NCBI RefSeq assembly: GCF_004010195.1
Contig: NC_057718.1
Span: forward strand, 8,083,552-8,147,551
Length of the DNA stretch: 64,000 nt
DNA from: Chiloscyllium plagiosum
Taxonomy: Eukaryota
Direction of reading: 5' to 3'
In this document: piece after piece, positions 51,665-63,819 of the stretch
How the letters are laid out: each line of letters begins with the position of its first letter
Position numbering within the stretch: position 1 is the first letter of the stretch
Made by a program: the position numbers and the translations under genes
Notes under the pieces: generated by a model
The model's database searches: none
Seen by the model: the letters and a program-made list of their open reading frames with translations, nothing else
What the model was told of the DNA's origin: nothing

Positions 51665-52710
51665 AAGTGGCACATGAGCTACCACATGGAGGTCATTTAG
51701 GAGTGAGGAAAACACAGCCTAAAACACAAAGACATTTTTACTGGCCTGGACTACACAAGGATGTAGTTGAATTTTGCCAGACGTGTCGTACATGTCAGCT
51801 AATGGGAAACCCACAGGCAGTAATAAAACCTGCATCTTTAATACCTCCTCCAGCATTTGAGGAACCTTTCACAAGGATCTTGATTGATTGCGTAGGTCCC
51901 CTACCTCAAATAAAAAGTGGGAATAAGTATTTATTAACAATAACGGATGTGTCGACTGGATTTCCAGAGGCAATCCCATTACGCAACATCACAGCTAAAA
52001 GGATTGTAGAAGAATTACTTAAACTTTTTTACTAGATATGGACTGCCAATAGAGATCCAGTCAGATTAAGGATCAAACTTCACATCCAACTATTCAAGGA
52101 GGTTATGGATAACTTGGGAATACAGCAATTCAAATCTACTGTGTACCATTTGGAATTGCAGGGAGCTCTAGAATGATGGCATCAAACACTAGAGACCATG
52201 TTGCGGGCTTCTGGTCAGGATTATCCAGATGACTGGGATAAGGGAATTCTGTTTGTACTTTTTGCAATCAGAGATGCACAAAATTCAATCCATTTGAATT
52301 AATTTTGGGGCATGAAGTAAGAGGATTGTTAAAACTGATTAAGGAGATATTAATAAGTCAGAATTCAGAGACCACCTATTTGGACTGTGTCAAATTTTGT
52401 AGAATGATTAAATAGAGCTGGAGAGTTGGCTAGACAGCATTTAAAAGTATCACAGCATACGATGAAACAGGAAGCAGATAAGAAATCACAAATTCACAAT
52501 TTTGCAATTGGGGATAATGTATCCCCAATTCCAGTGACAGGTCAGCCTTTAAAAGCAAGGTTTAGTGGACCTTATCAAATCGAGAGGAAATTGAGTGAGG
52601 TGAACTACTTGATAAGGACTCCAGACAGGAAGAAATCTCACAGAGTGTGTCATGTGAATATGTTCAAAAGGTATTTTGATCGGGAAGGAAAGCAAGAGGA
52701 AAAGGTGTAA
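51665..52710 (+). pseudogene. Integrase remnant (its N-terminal part lies at ~48690-48793, before the CR1 insertion)
   Basis: AHELPHGGHLG...FYWPGL...CQTCRTCQ (HHCC), ILIDCVGPLP, FPEAIPL, QSD*GSNF, and a GPY motif (FSGPYQI). Confidence 0.9.
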
Positions 52711-52750
52711 ATGATTACAGCACAGAAGGAAAAACCAATCAAATTGGACA

Positions 52751-54168
52751 ATGAGGAAGTTTGTCAAAAATTGGGATAAATTATTGAATTACCTTCCACA
52801 AGAAAATCAAAATGACCTGAAAGAGTTGTTACTATCACATGGGGAGATATGCAGAAATAAACTGGGAAGTACTAATTTAATTGTGCATGATGTAAATATA
52901 GAAGAAGCTGTTCCAATTAAGCAACATCCTTATAGGCATAATCCTCTAAAGTTGGTACAGGTTCAGAAGGGGATAGAGCGCATGCTCCAAGATGGCATAA
53001 TCGAAGTGAGTTACAGTGACTGGAGCTCACCCATAGTCTTGGTGCCAAAGCCAGATGGTACCCAACAGTTATGTGTGGACTATCGCAAAGTCAACGTCAT
53101 TACAAAGACTGATGCATATCCAATTCTACAGTTAAAAAAGTGTCAAAAAGTGGGACAAGCAACTTACATTTCTAAGTTGGATTTGCTCAGAGGCTATTGG
53201 CCAGTACCTCTGTCAGAGAGAGCAAAGGCAATTTCAGCTTTCATGATGCCGAATGGACTGTATCAGTTCAAGGTCATGCCATTTGGAATGAAAAACACTC
53301 CAGCCACATTTCAAAGACTGACTAAAAGGTCATTGCTGGATTACCCAAGTGTATGGTGTATATTGATGACCTGGTGATTTTCAGTCACTCATGGAAGCAA
53401 CATTTACAGTGTTTATAGTATTTACAGTTCGCTCGACTTTGGAAGGCAGGCTTGGTGGTAAACCCAGCTAAAAGTGAATTTACAAAAGCCCTAGTCACCC
53501 TCCTGGGCCATGTTATTGGGCATGGACAAATGGACCCACAGAATATGAAAACAAAATTAATTGGGGAATTTCCCACATTGTCGACGAAAAACGCAGTACT
53601 ACACTTCCTGAGGTTGAATGGATTTTACCGAAGGTTTGTGCCGAACTTTAGAGGTGTGGCTGCTCCACTCACTGAATTGTTAAAAAAGAGCAGGAGGTTT
53701 CAATGGACAGAGGACTGTCAAAAGGCATTTGACAGCCTAAACCCTGTGTTAACCACTGCTCCAGTATTAGGCACACCAGATTACATGAAGCCTTTTGAGG
53801 TGGCTATTGCTGCCAGTGATGTGGGTGTCAGTGCGGTGCTCCTGCAGGAGGATGACGAGGGGATAGGAAGACCCCTTGGGTATTTGTCCAGAAAGCTGAA
53901 TGTTCACCAACAGAAATATTCAATGGTGGAGAAAGAGACTTCAAGCTTGGCATTGACGTTACAACATTTCAGTGTTTATCTTACCAGCAATGCATCTGAT
54001 ACAATCGTGTACACTGACCACAACCCATTGACATTTGTAGAAAAAGTTAAGGACAAAAATGCCAGCCTGGTTAGATGGAGCTTATTGTTCCAGCCATTCA
54101 ATTTGACAATTGTACATGAGGCAGGTCGTGAAAACGTGATTGCCGATACGTTATCAAGACTCGAATGA
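52751..54168 (+). pseudogene. Reverse transcriptase and RNase H remnant
   Basis: WSSPIVLVPKPDG..LCVDYRKVN, KLDLLRGYW, MPFGMKN, frameshifted YIDD (~53360), AASDVGVSAVLLQ, YSMVEKE, YTDHNPL, ENVIADTLSR. Confidence 0.92.
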
Positions 54169-54351
54169 GATATGGAGGTGTTTGGTGGTGGGTGTACCGT
54201 GGCCTGAATTTGCACATGGTTGTACATGTTTGCCTGTTCATAGTTAGTATAGTGTCCGTGTGTGTTTAGAAAACTAACCGGGTTTTTGAAGGGTTTTAAA
54301 AATGAAGCCATCTTTTGGTATTGATGGTTCATTTGTTTTTAAGGAGGGAGG

Positions 54352-54981
54352 TGTCACAAAGCTAGTCCTTTTTTTCCTAAAAGCTGTTCCTTGGCTCGAA
54401 GAGACTCTAACCTAAATTTTTTCCAGAGGGCTAATAAACCAGGCTGGGCTCCGATCAGTCTGGTTTGGTACAAAGATGAAAGGGATTTTGAGGGGCCTTT
54501 TGTTTATATGTAAAGAGATGTGACTTCAGGCCAAAGTGGTCATGTTTTAGAAGTGACCTATAGAATGAAAGGGGAGTAGTCAGCTCTCTAGCTGAGCTGA
54601 GCAGTTTAATTCAGTCCAGAACTGGTTGGGAGTTCAACAGTGAACTGTGTGGAAACTCTCTCTTCTGGCCTGTTAATTTCAACCTGTTAGCACCTGACCC
54701 TTTTTTGTGCTGTGTTTTAAAGAGGGTTTGCTTATTGGGACTGTTGTGTATATTCAAACAGCATACTTAAGTCTAGTTTGGATAGACTGAGTTCTGTAGG
54801 GGTTCTTTATTCTGTTCTTCATGTTTCATTATATAATGTTGTGAATAAAATTTTTTTTCTGTCAATCTCGCGAACCTAATCCGGGTAACTTTCACTGTAT
54901 ACTTACCGAAACAATTGCAAAGTTATAGTCTGGGGCTGCCTGCTTAAGAATGTTTTGAGTGGTCTGACCTCATCCATAATA
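54352..54981 (+). repeat. 3' LTR (~630 bp)
   Basis: TG start directly after the PPT, AATAAA at ~54844, end CCATAATA (degenerate CA). The host CR1 reading frame resumes immediately after. Confidence 0.9.
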
Positions 54982-56160
54982 CTGTCACTTCAAAATCATG
55001 GACTAGTCAAGGATAATCAGCATGGGTTTTGTTAAGTGAAGGTCGTGCCTTACAAATTTGATTGAATGCTTTGTGGAAGTGACAAGAGGATTGCTGAGGG
55101 TGCTGCAGTGGATGTTGTCTACATGGATTTTAGTACAGCATTTGACAAGGTCCCACATGGAAGACTGGTCAAAATAGTAATAACCCAGTGGATACAGGGT
55201 AAGATGTTGTCTTAGTACGCGAAACAAAGTTGTCTTAGTACGCGAAACAAAGGGTAGTGGTCGATGGCTGCCCTTGTAAGTGGAAAGCTGTTTGTCGTGA
55301 TGTTCCATGGGGCTCAGTGTTGGGACCTCTGCTGTTTTTTTATACATTAATGATTTGGACATGAACACAGGGTGCACAATCAAGAAATTTGCAGACAATA
55401 CAAAAAAAATGACCATATAATGGATAGTGTAGAAGATAGTTATAAGCTCCAAAATGATACAGACGTATTGGTGGAGTGAGCAGGAAGGTGGCAGACGGTT
55501 TTCAACTCTGATAGGTATAAGGTAATGTATTTAATGAGGTCAAACAGTAAAAGGGTACACACAAAAAGAATGGGAATATACTGAGAGGGGGCGATGCGGT
55601 GAAAGATCTCGGTGTGCAAGTGCACAGGTCCCTAAAGGGAGCAGTACATGTAGATAAGATTGTAAAGAAGGCATATGGGATGCTCTCTGTCATTGGCAGA
55701 GGTATAGAATATAAAAGTAGGGATATAATGATGAAACTGTATAAGGCACTGGTGAGACCATAACTGGAGTGGCGTGTGCAGTTCTGGTCACCACATTACC
55801 GGAAAATCACAATTGCTCCGGACAGAGTGCAGAGAAGGTTTACTGGAATGTTGCCAGGGCTGGGGAATTGTAGCTACAAGAATAGATTGTAAAGATTGGG
55901 GTTGTTTTCTTTAGAATAGAGAAGGCTGAGGGGTGACATGATTGAAGTGTGCAAAATTGTGAGGGGTAGAGAAGAATAGGCAGGATGAACCTGTTTCCTT
56001 TGGTAGGGGGTTCAAAAAGCAGAGGTCAGAGATTCAAGTGAAGTGGCAGAAGGATTAGAGGGGACATGAGGAAAAGCTTTATTACGCAGAGAGTGGTGGG
56101 TGTCTGGAATTTGCTGACCGAGTTGGTGGGGGAGGCAGGGATACTGAACACGCTTTTAAG
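54982..56160 (+). mobile_element. Old CR1 LINE, 3' part (RT)
   Basis: Continues CHF..HGLVKDNQHG, with degenerate AVDVVYMDFS.AFDKVPH, GSVLGPL and KFADNT. Confidence 0.8.
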
Positions 56161-56377
56161 GTGACCTCTTATTCTTGTAAACTCTGATGAATATTGGCTC
56201 AACGTGATCAACGTTATTTCATAAGACGGACTGAGAAATGAGGTGTGATAGTCAGAAGATGGTAAGACAATCACAAATATATCCAGCAGGAAATTCAGGG
56301 GAAATGTCTTTCACCCAGAAAATAGTGGAAATGTGGAATTAGCTATTAGTAATAGTCAAGGTGAAAAGTGCAGTGAT

Positions 56378-56838
56378 TGTAATGAGGTCAACCAGGTGAA
56401 CCTCACAGTATATTTGTTCCCTGATTGGGGCTGTTAACCTTGTCCAATCAGGGAGGCCTGGCTGACAGACATGAACAGGAGGGTCCCTCCCCTTCACTGT
56501 TTTTGTGCCTTTCACTGTGTCTCACACCTGCACACACACACCATGGGTTTGGGGGAAAAAATAAGCACTACTGCACTTAGGTGGTGGTGTTAAAAAAAAA
56601 ATTAGGGATTCACACAGCACTGCCCTTTGATGTAAAGGGCAGTGTTTGTCACTGGCCACTCGGGTGTTTTCCTATCTTCCTGGTGGTGGAATTTGAAAAA
56701 AAAATGAACAGGAGGGTGAGAGGTTCTGCTCACTCTGAGAGCTGGCTCTGAGGGAGCAGGATCAGTGTCAAGGACTCTCCACGTGTGAATAAAGGGTGAC
56801 TTGGTGACGGGATACCAGCCTCTATGAAGTTATTTTTA
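56378..56838 (+). mobile_element. Small LTR-like element (related copy at ~23385-23605) with an internal retroposed insert
   Basis: TGTAATG start, CCAAT, aataaagggtgact and gttattt end, shared with the 23.4-23.6 kb copy. Confidence 0.6.
56485..56703 (+). mobile_element. Poly(A)-tailed 5'-truncated retroposon (L1/Tx1-type 3' end)
   Basis: 14-bp TSD atgaacaggagggt (56471-56484 and 56704-56717) and an A-tail. Confidence 0.8.
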
Positions 56839-58820
56839 AAAAGTATTGATACTTCTAAGCAGAAGCTAAAAAAAACACAGGTTGGAGAATAAAATGAAAG
56901 TATTTGGTGAGATGTGAAAGGATGGGAGGAGGCATGTGGAACACAGAACCTGGCATGAACTGGGCCAGTTGGGCTGCATGAACTGATGGCGTGCTGCAAT
57001 GGTGCAGGATTGTGGCATCTCCTTCAGGCGAAGACCTCTTTTCTTATTGGATGCTTTGAGTATTCTCTCTTGTCCGAGTCAATATTCTTCCTTCCTTCAT
57101 TTCAACACTGTTTCTGTAACTTTTGGGTGTGCGAGTTAGTTACCGCACTTAGAAGCTGAGTTGGTACTGCAGAGTAACCCATCCCGCATGCGTTTTGTTT
57201 CTGAGGGACAAAATGAGTGCTGAGTCCAAACAAGGTCTTGTCTTCTTATGGAGCAGATCAGACTGAAAGAGGACACAGGAGCGTGGGAGATTCAGGTGAA
57301 GAGAGCCAAACTGTACATTTCGACAAAGCTGGTCAGGAGGAGGTATGGCCATGCAGCAGTGAGCTTGAGATTATGAAGTCTTCAGGGAGTGAGAGCAAAT
57401 AAAGACATGGGACTATTTCCTGCACTTCGAAGGTCTGAGAAAGAATCAATGGAGTCCTTTGATTTTGGAGGTAGGGGGTCAAGGAGCAGGAAGGCAATTT
57501 AATTCAAGGAAATGGTGGCATCCCAGACCTTACCAACCCTAACGTGGGTTCAGATCTGAATAGAAAGGCCTCTGCTCGTCCTTCCCACCCTCATTCAGTT
57601 CATGACCACCGAGAGCCAAGGGGAATGCTTGTTCTCAATCTCCCAGTCCCCCTCTCCCCATGACTGCCCATGCCCAGAAAACTAATGCCCCCACTGCCCA
57701 TCCACAATGCATGCAATTGGCACCTTGGTCCCAATGATCATGGGTTGCCCTTCTAGCAACAGCCAAGGTCTTCTCTAGATTTCCACTTTTGATTTTGGGG
57801 AAAGGAATACCGTCCCATTGCCCTCTACCCAACTGGAGGAATTTATGGCTGGCTGTCCCTTGCAGGCGGCTCACCATCTTTTATGCAAGGCTGTGGGGGG
57901 AGGCAAGGTACCCAAGACAATCCAATAGCTCCGTACCACCCTACCAGTGAGTCAGCATGTGACTCTTACTTCCAATAAAGAGAGGGCACAGAGAACAGGA
58001 GGCAACCTGTACTCAATCAAAGGAAACACAAAAGACAAGTTCAGATGGTCATTGACCATAGCATGGTGAAAGAAGTGGAGTGCCAGAAAGCAAAGAGAAG
58101 CTGACATTTCCCAGAGTGCAACTGGGCTTGTGGTAACGTTCTACAGATGTCAGTAAAAATCAACCCTTGAACTCTCAAGCAAGTCACTTCGAAAATTCAG
58201 GGAGGACAATAGATGCCCGACTTATATCCCATGGAAAGAACTGAAACATAGGCATGACTGTGAAAGCTCGCCATATTAAAATATCTCCAATGTATTAAGT
58301 GGGCCATGAACCTTTGCAACATCACCTGTATTGCCTGCCTACTCAGCTACATTGCACTGGTAAGTAAAACATGGGATTGTGGGGCAGATAAATTGAGGCT
58401 GACTGTTAATATGATTACAGCATGTTGTGGGTAAACACGTATGAATCCATGCTGAGCATGTGCAAAAAGCATGATTTGTGCTGCTGGAAAATTGAGGCTG
58501 TTATTTCACTTTCGAGACATGGGTGTCATTGGCTGGGCCAGTCTGTAGTTAGCGATGGCTACAACTGAACGGCTCACTTAGCATTTTCAGAGGACAGTTA
58601 AAAGAGTCAGCCACATTGCTGTGGGTCTCTGGCATGACATGTAGGCCAAACCAGGTAAAGGTGGCAGATTTCCTTCCCTAAACAGCATTAGCAAACCAGG
58701 CAGGGTTTTCTGAGAATGGTTATCATTAGAATCTTTTGGATTTTCTTTTTGATTCCATTATCTGCCATGGTGGGATTTGAACCAGGTCACCAGAACATTA
58801 CTTGGGTCTCTGGATTAATA

Positions 58821-61506
58821 TTCTGGATTAGTGGTGCTGGAAGAGCACAGCAGTTTAGGCAGCATCCGAGGAGCAGTAAAATCGACGTTTCGGGCAAAAG
58901 CCCTTCATCAGGAATACAGGCAGAGAGCCTGAAGGGTGGAGAGATAAGTGAGAGGAGGTGGGGGAGGCCCAGGACCTCCATGTCCTCGGCAGAGTGGGAG
59001 GTGGAGTTGAAATGTTGGGCCACGGGGCGGTTTGGTTGATTGGTGTGGGTGTCTCGGAGATGTTCCCTAAAGCGCTCTGCTAGGAGGCGCCCAGTCTCCC
59101 CAATGTAGAGGAGACCGCATCGGGAGCAACGGATACAATAAATGATATTAGTGGATGTGCAGGTAAAACTTTGAGGGATGTGGAAGACTCCTTTAGGGCC
59201 TTGGATGGAGTTGAGGGAGGAGGTGTGGGCACAGGTTTTGCAATTCCTGCAGTGGCAGGGGAAGGTGCCACGACGGGAGGGTGGGTTGTAGGGGGGGGCG
59301 TGGACCTGACCAGGTAGTCACGGAGTGTAGGGGGGGGCGTGGACCTGACCAGGTAGTCACGGAGGGAAACGGTCTTTGCGGAAGACGAAAAGGGGTGGGG
59401 AGGGAAATATATCCCTGGTGGTGGGGTCTGTTTGGACTCCTGCCCACCTTCCGAGGACCTCTTCGCCCACCTCCAACACACTCATCCACCTGGATACCCC
59501 GCGCTGGCCTATTACCCGCCCTCGACCTCTTCATTTCCAACTGGTGCCGGGACATTAACCGCCTCAACCTGTCTACCCCCCTCCCCCACTCCAACCTCTC
59601 ACCCTCACAACACGCAGCCCTCCAATCCCTCTGCTCCAATCCCGACCGCACCATCAAGCGAGCAGATAAAGGGGACGCAGTGGTAGTCTGGCGCACTGAC
59701 CTCTACACCGCTGAAGCCAAACAGCAACTCGAGGACACCTCTTCCTACCGCCCCCTCGACCATGACCCCACCCCCCCATCACCAAACCATCATCTCCCAG
59801 ACCATACAGAACCCCATCACCTCAGGAGATCTCCCACCCACAGCTTCCAACCTCATAGTCCGGGAACTCCGCACTTCCCAGTTCTACCTCCTTCCCAAGA
59901 TCCACAAGCCTGACCACCCTGGCCGACCCATTGTCTCAGCATGCTCCTGCCCCACTGAACTCATCTCTACCTATCCCGACACTGTCCCATCGTCCCTAGT
60001 CCAGGAACTCCCCACATACATTCGAGACACCACCCACGCCCTCCACCTCCTCCAAGACTTTCGTTTTCCCGGCCCCCAAAGCCTCATCTTCACCATGGAT
60101 ATCCAATCCCTCTACACCTCCATCCGCCATGACCAGGGCCTCCAAGCCCTCCGTTTCTTCCTCTCCTGACGCCCCAACAGTACCCCTCCACCGACGCTCT
60201 CATTCGTTTGGCTGAACTGGTCCTCACCCTTAACAATTTCTCCTTCGAATCCTCCCACTTCCTCCAGACCAAAGGGGTAGCCATAGGCACCCTATGGGCC
60301 CCAGCTATGCCTGTCTCTTTGTTGGCTACATAGAACAGTTGATCCTCCGTAATTACACCGGCACCACTCCCCACCTCTTCCTCCGCTACATTGATGACTG
60401 CATTGGCGCCACCTCGTGCTCCCATGAGGAGGTTGAGCAATTTATCAACTTCACCAACACATTCCACCCAGACCTTAAATTTACCTGGACCATCTCTGAC
60501 ACCTCCCTCCCCTTCCTGGACCTCTCCATCTCCATCAGTGACGACCGACTTGACACTGACATTTTCTACAAACCCACCGACTCCCACAGCTACCTGGATT
60601 ACACCTCTTCCCACCCTACCTCTTGCAAAAATGCCATCCCGTATCCCCAATTCCTCCGCCTCCGCCGTATCAACTCCCAGGAGGAGCGGTTCCACCATAA
60701 AACACACCAGATGGCCTCCTTCTTTAAAGACCGCAATTTCCCTTCCCACGTGGTTAAAGATGCCCTCCAACGCATCACGTCCACATCCCGCACCTCCGCC
60801 CTCAGACCCAACCCCTCCAACCGCAACAAGGACAGAACCCCCCTGGTGCTCACCTTCCACCCTACCAACCTTCGCATAAACCAAATCATCCGCCGACATT
60901 TCCGCCACCTCCAAACAGACCCCACCACCAGGGATATATTTCCCTCCCCACCCCTCTCCGCCTTCCGCAAAGACCGTTCCCTCCGTGACTACCTGGTCAG
61001 GTCCACGCCCCCCAACGAACCACCGTCCCGTCGTGGCACACTCCCTTGCCACTGCAGGAATTGCAAAACCTGCGCCCANNNNNNNNNNNNNNNNNNNNNN
61101 NNNNNNNNNNNNNNNNNNNNNNNNNNNNNNNNNNNNNNNNNNNNNNNNNNNNNNNNNNNNNNNNNNNNNNNNNNNNNNNNNNNNNNNNNNNNNNNNNNNN
61201 NNNNNNNNNNNNNNNNNNNNNNNNNNNNNNNNNNNNNNNNNNNNNNNNNNNNNNNNNNNNNNNNNNNNNNNNNNNNNNNNNNNNNNNNNNNNNNNNNNNC
61301 TCCCCCACTCACCTATTGTACTCTATGCTACTTTCTCCCCACCCCCACCCTCCTCTCACTTATCTCTCCACGCTTCAGGCTCGCTGAAGGGCTTTTGCCC
61401 GAAACGTCGATTTTACTGCTCCTCGGATGCTGCCTGAACTGCTGTGCTCTTCCAGCACCACTAATCCAGAATCTGGTTTCCAGCATCTGCAGTCATTGTT
61501 TTTACC
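58821..61506 (+). mobile_element. Penelope-like element (Neptune-type): RT, Cys linker and GIY-YIG, with an inverted 5' arm (58821-~59435)
   Basis: IKRADKGDAVVV, FYLLPKIHK, GRPIVS, TMDIQSLYTSI, MGPSYA, FLRYIDD, PFLDL, YKPTD, PCHCRNCKTC. The inverted arm encodes NIIYCIRCSRCGLLYIG..RFREH. Frameshifted, with an internal gap. Confidence 0.93.
61079..61299. other. Assembly gap
   Basis: Run of N covering the forward GIY-YIG region of the PLE. Confidence 1.
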
Positions 61507-61614
61507 TCCCTGGATTAGTTTAGCAATAATATCATTAGGCCATCACCTCCCTGTTACAAGCTGCTTTGACTTACACACCATGATTTAAGGCCATCTGCCA
61601 AATTTCACAAAACA

Positions 61615-61758
61615 AAAAAAGTCAAAGAGCTGCGGATGCTGGAAATCAAAAACAAAAAAATTCTGAAGAAGGGTCACTGGACTGAAACATTGACTCTGCT
61701 TTCTCTCCAAGGATTCTGCCAGACCTGCTGAGATTTTCCAGCAAATTTCTGATTTTGG
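61615..61758 (+). mobile_element. Short PLE-like derivative of a third family (also ~16900-17046, 22910-23005, 31790-31890, 41620-41720)
   Basis: ctgaagaagggtcactggactgaaacatt followed by the recurrent ctgccagacctgctgag..tccagca segment. Confidence 0.6.
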
Positions 61759-62727
61759 TGACAAAATGCATTGTTTGGGTGAACAAATGTCTGAACTGTG
61801 AGACTTGATGCAGATGATATTCAGTATCATCAGAAAGGATAGAGTCAAAAACAAAGACAAAAATTAAATTAAGCGCTGACCAGAGGTTTGTTGCAAAACT
61901 CCACATGTAATAATTAAACCTTTAGATGAATACGGGGATTATTGAACCTTCGGGGAGATTTGGGGCTAGTGGACGATGGTCTAAAATGGAATCACTCACT
62001 ACATCAGAATGGACTCAACACTGAAGTAAATGAAGGAGAGTATTAAACAGGCAGGTAACTTGTTATTGGCTCATCGGGAATATTTCTTTGCAGTTTTCAA
62101 AAAAAGCAAAGTTTTTGCACTTACGTCATTTCACAAAATTGATCTCACTCATGTTTGAGTTGTAATGATGTGATTATTACAGCCAGTAAAATCTCGCCCC
62201 GACTGCAACATACACATTGCATCATACTTTACGGTGCGTCTAAATGAATGCGACAGATTTTGGTTATCAAAACTAACAGCAAGTCAAGACATGTATTTTT
62301 TCGATGGGTGTGACTGAGCCATTTTATACGAACTGGGTTTACCAGTTTTCAACCAATAACCTGTCAACTTAGACCCCACCCCAGCAACCTTTTTGCAATT
62401 AACTCTTTCACTCTGGGGTTACCTCAGGTGAGTGTGTAAATTTCAACTCTAGGCAAGGGAAAGGCTCCAACTGAGAAAAGATGCTCTGTCAGAGTATGCC
62501 TGCTTTGCATATAGGTCATGCCATAACCAATACTTATTTCGATTGGATAAAGAACATGGTTTCTATTGTAGACCCTCGACCTTGCTCCATCATCAAATTG
62601 TTGATTAGAACCTCAACTCCATGTTCCTACATCAGCTTTCCTTCAGAGCTCAATCCAACAAAAATATGAAGTTAAGTGCCTTATTTAACCTTCACCGTAT
62701 TGACTCAACGATGTGATCATATTTACA

Positions 62728-63430
62728 GTCCTAGAGATATACAGCATGGAAACAAATCCTTCAGTCCAACTTGTCCATGTCAACCAGACATTCTAAATTA
62801 ATCTAGTCCCATTTGCCAGCATTTGGCCCATATCCCTCTAAACCCTTCCTATTCAAATACCCATCCAGATGCCTTTTAAATGTTATAATTCTACCAGCCT
62901 CCACCACTTCCTCTGGGAACTCATTCCGTACACACACCACCCCGCATGAAAACGTTAATGCTTTGGTTCCTTTTAAATCTTTCCTCTCTCACCTTAAACC
63001 TCAGTCCTCAAGAATTGCACTCCTCTATCCTGGGGAAAAAAATATTGATTATTCATCCTATACATGCCCCACATAATTTTATAAAATTCTATAAGGCTAC
63101 CTGTCAGCCTTCGATGCTCCAGGAAAACAGCCCCAGCCTATTCAGCCTCTCCCTATAGCTCAAACTCACCAATCCAGCAACTTCTGTTAAGTCGAGAAAG
63201 TTGCCCCTTATGTCCCTTTAAATCTTTTCTCTCTCACCTTAAACCTGTGCCCTCTAGTTTTTGGACTCTCCTACCCTCAGATAAAGACCTTGGTTATTCA
63301 GCCTATCCATAGCCCTCATGATTTTATAAACCTCTATAAGGTCATCTCTCAGCGTCTGATGGTCCAGGTACAGTAGCCCCAGGCTATTCAGCCTCTCCCT
63401 CTAGCTCAAACCCACCAATCCAGCAACTTC
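62728..63430 (-). mobile_element. Two tandem CR1 3' fragments
   Basis: 62728-63184 and ~63195-63430 both match the CR1 3' end and stop at the same motif, accaatccagcaacttc. Confidence 0.8.
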
Positions 63431-63819
63431 CGTGTAAGCCATTTCTTATGAGAGAGGAGAACGGAGGCCAAGCAAACCTAAGATGGGGATCAACTAGTTC
63501 TTTGAGGAGGTTTGTAAAGGTGGAGAAGTGGTAGAAATAGCAGCAAATTAAGGAAGGAAGATATACCAAACAGAAATTGAATTTTGCAAGTTCCCTTGAT
63601 ATGTAACATGCAATAATCAGAGAAATCTCTTTGCATTCTTTACAATTCTTTACTGGTGTTTTACATGGAGTGAGAACCTAACTGTTGAACCCAAACCAAT
63701 TTATACCTATTTGCATATGATCAAGCAGTTAATTACCCCTGCTACACAACAACCCGAAAGTAGTTTACTTACTATACCCATATTAACCTGTCATGTTGCA
63801 ATTCATCTTACCTTGGATT

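Larger units (their letters stand above)
46274..54981 (+). mobile_element. Decayed Ty3/gypsy LTR retrotransposon, Gmr1-like (gag-PR-INT-RT-RH)
   Basis: Direct LTRs both start TGTCACAAAGCTAGTCC (46274 and 54352). PPT aaggagggagg at 54341-54351, 4-bp TSD ctgg/ctgt, CCHC knuckle, DTGS protease, HHCC integrase upstream of a gypsy-type RT and RNase H. Many stops and frameshifts. Confidence 0.92.

Noticed and set aside
55206..55251. 23-bp tandem duplication
   Set aside because: Simple slippage in a dead CR1; only two units and no spacers, so not CRISPR-like.
60090..61052. 320-aa minus-strand ORF
   Set aside because: Antisense shadow of the C-rich PLE RT frame with no recognisable domain.
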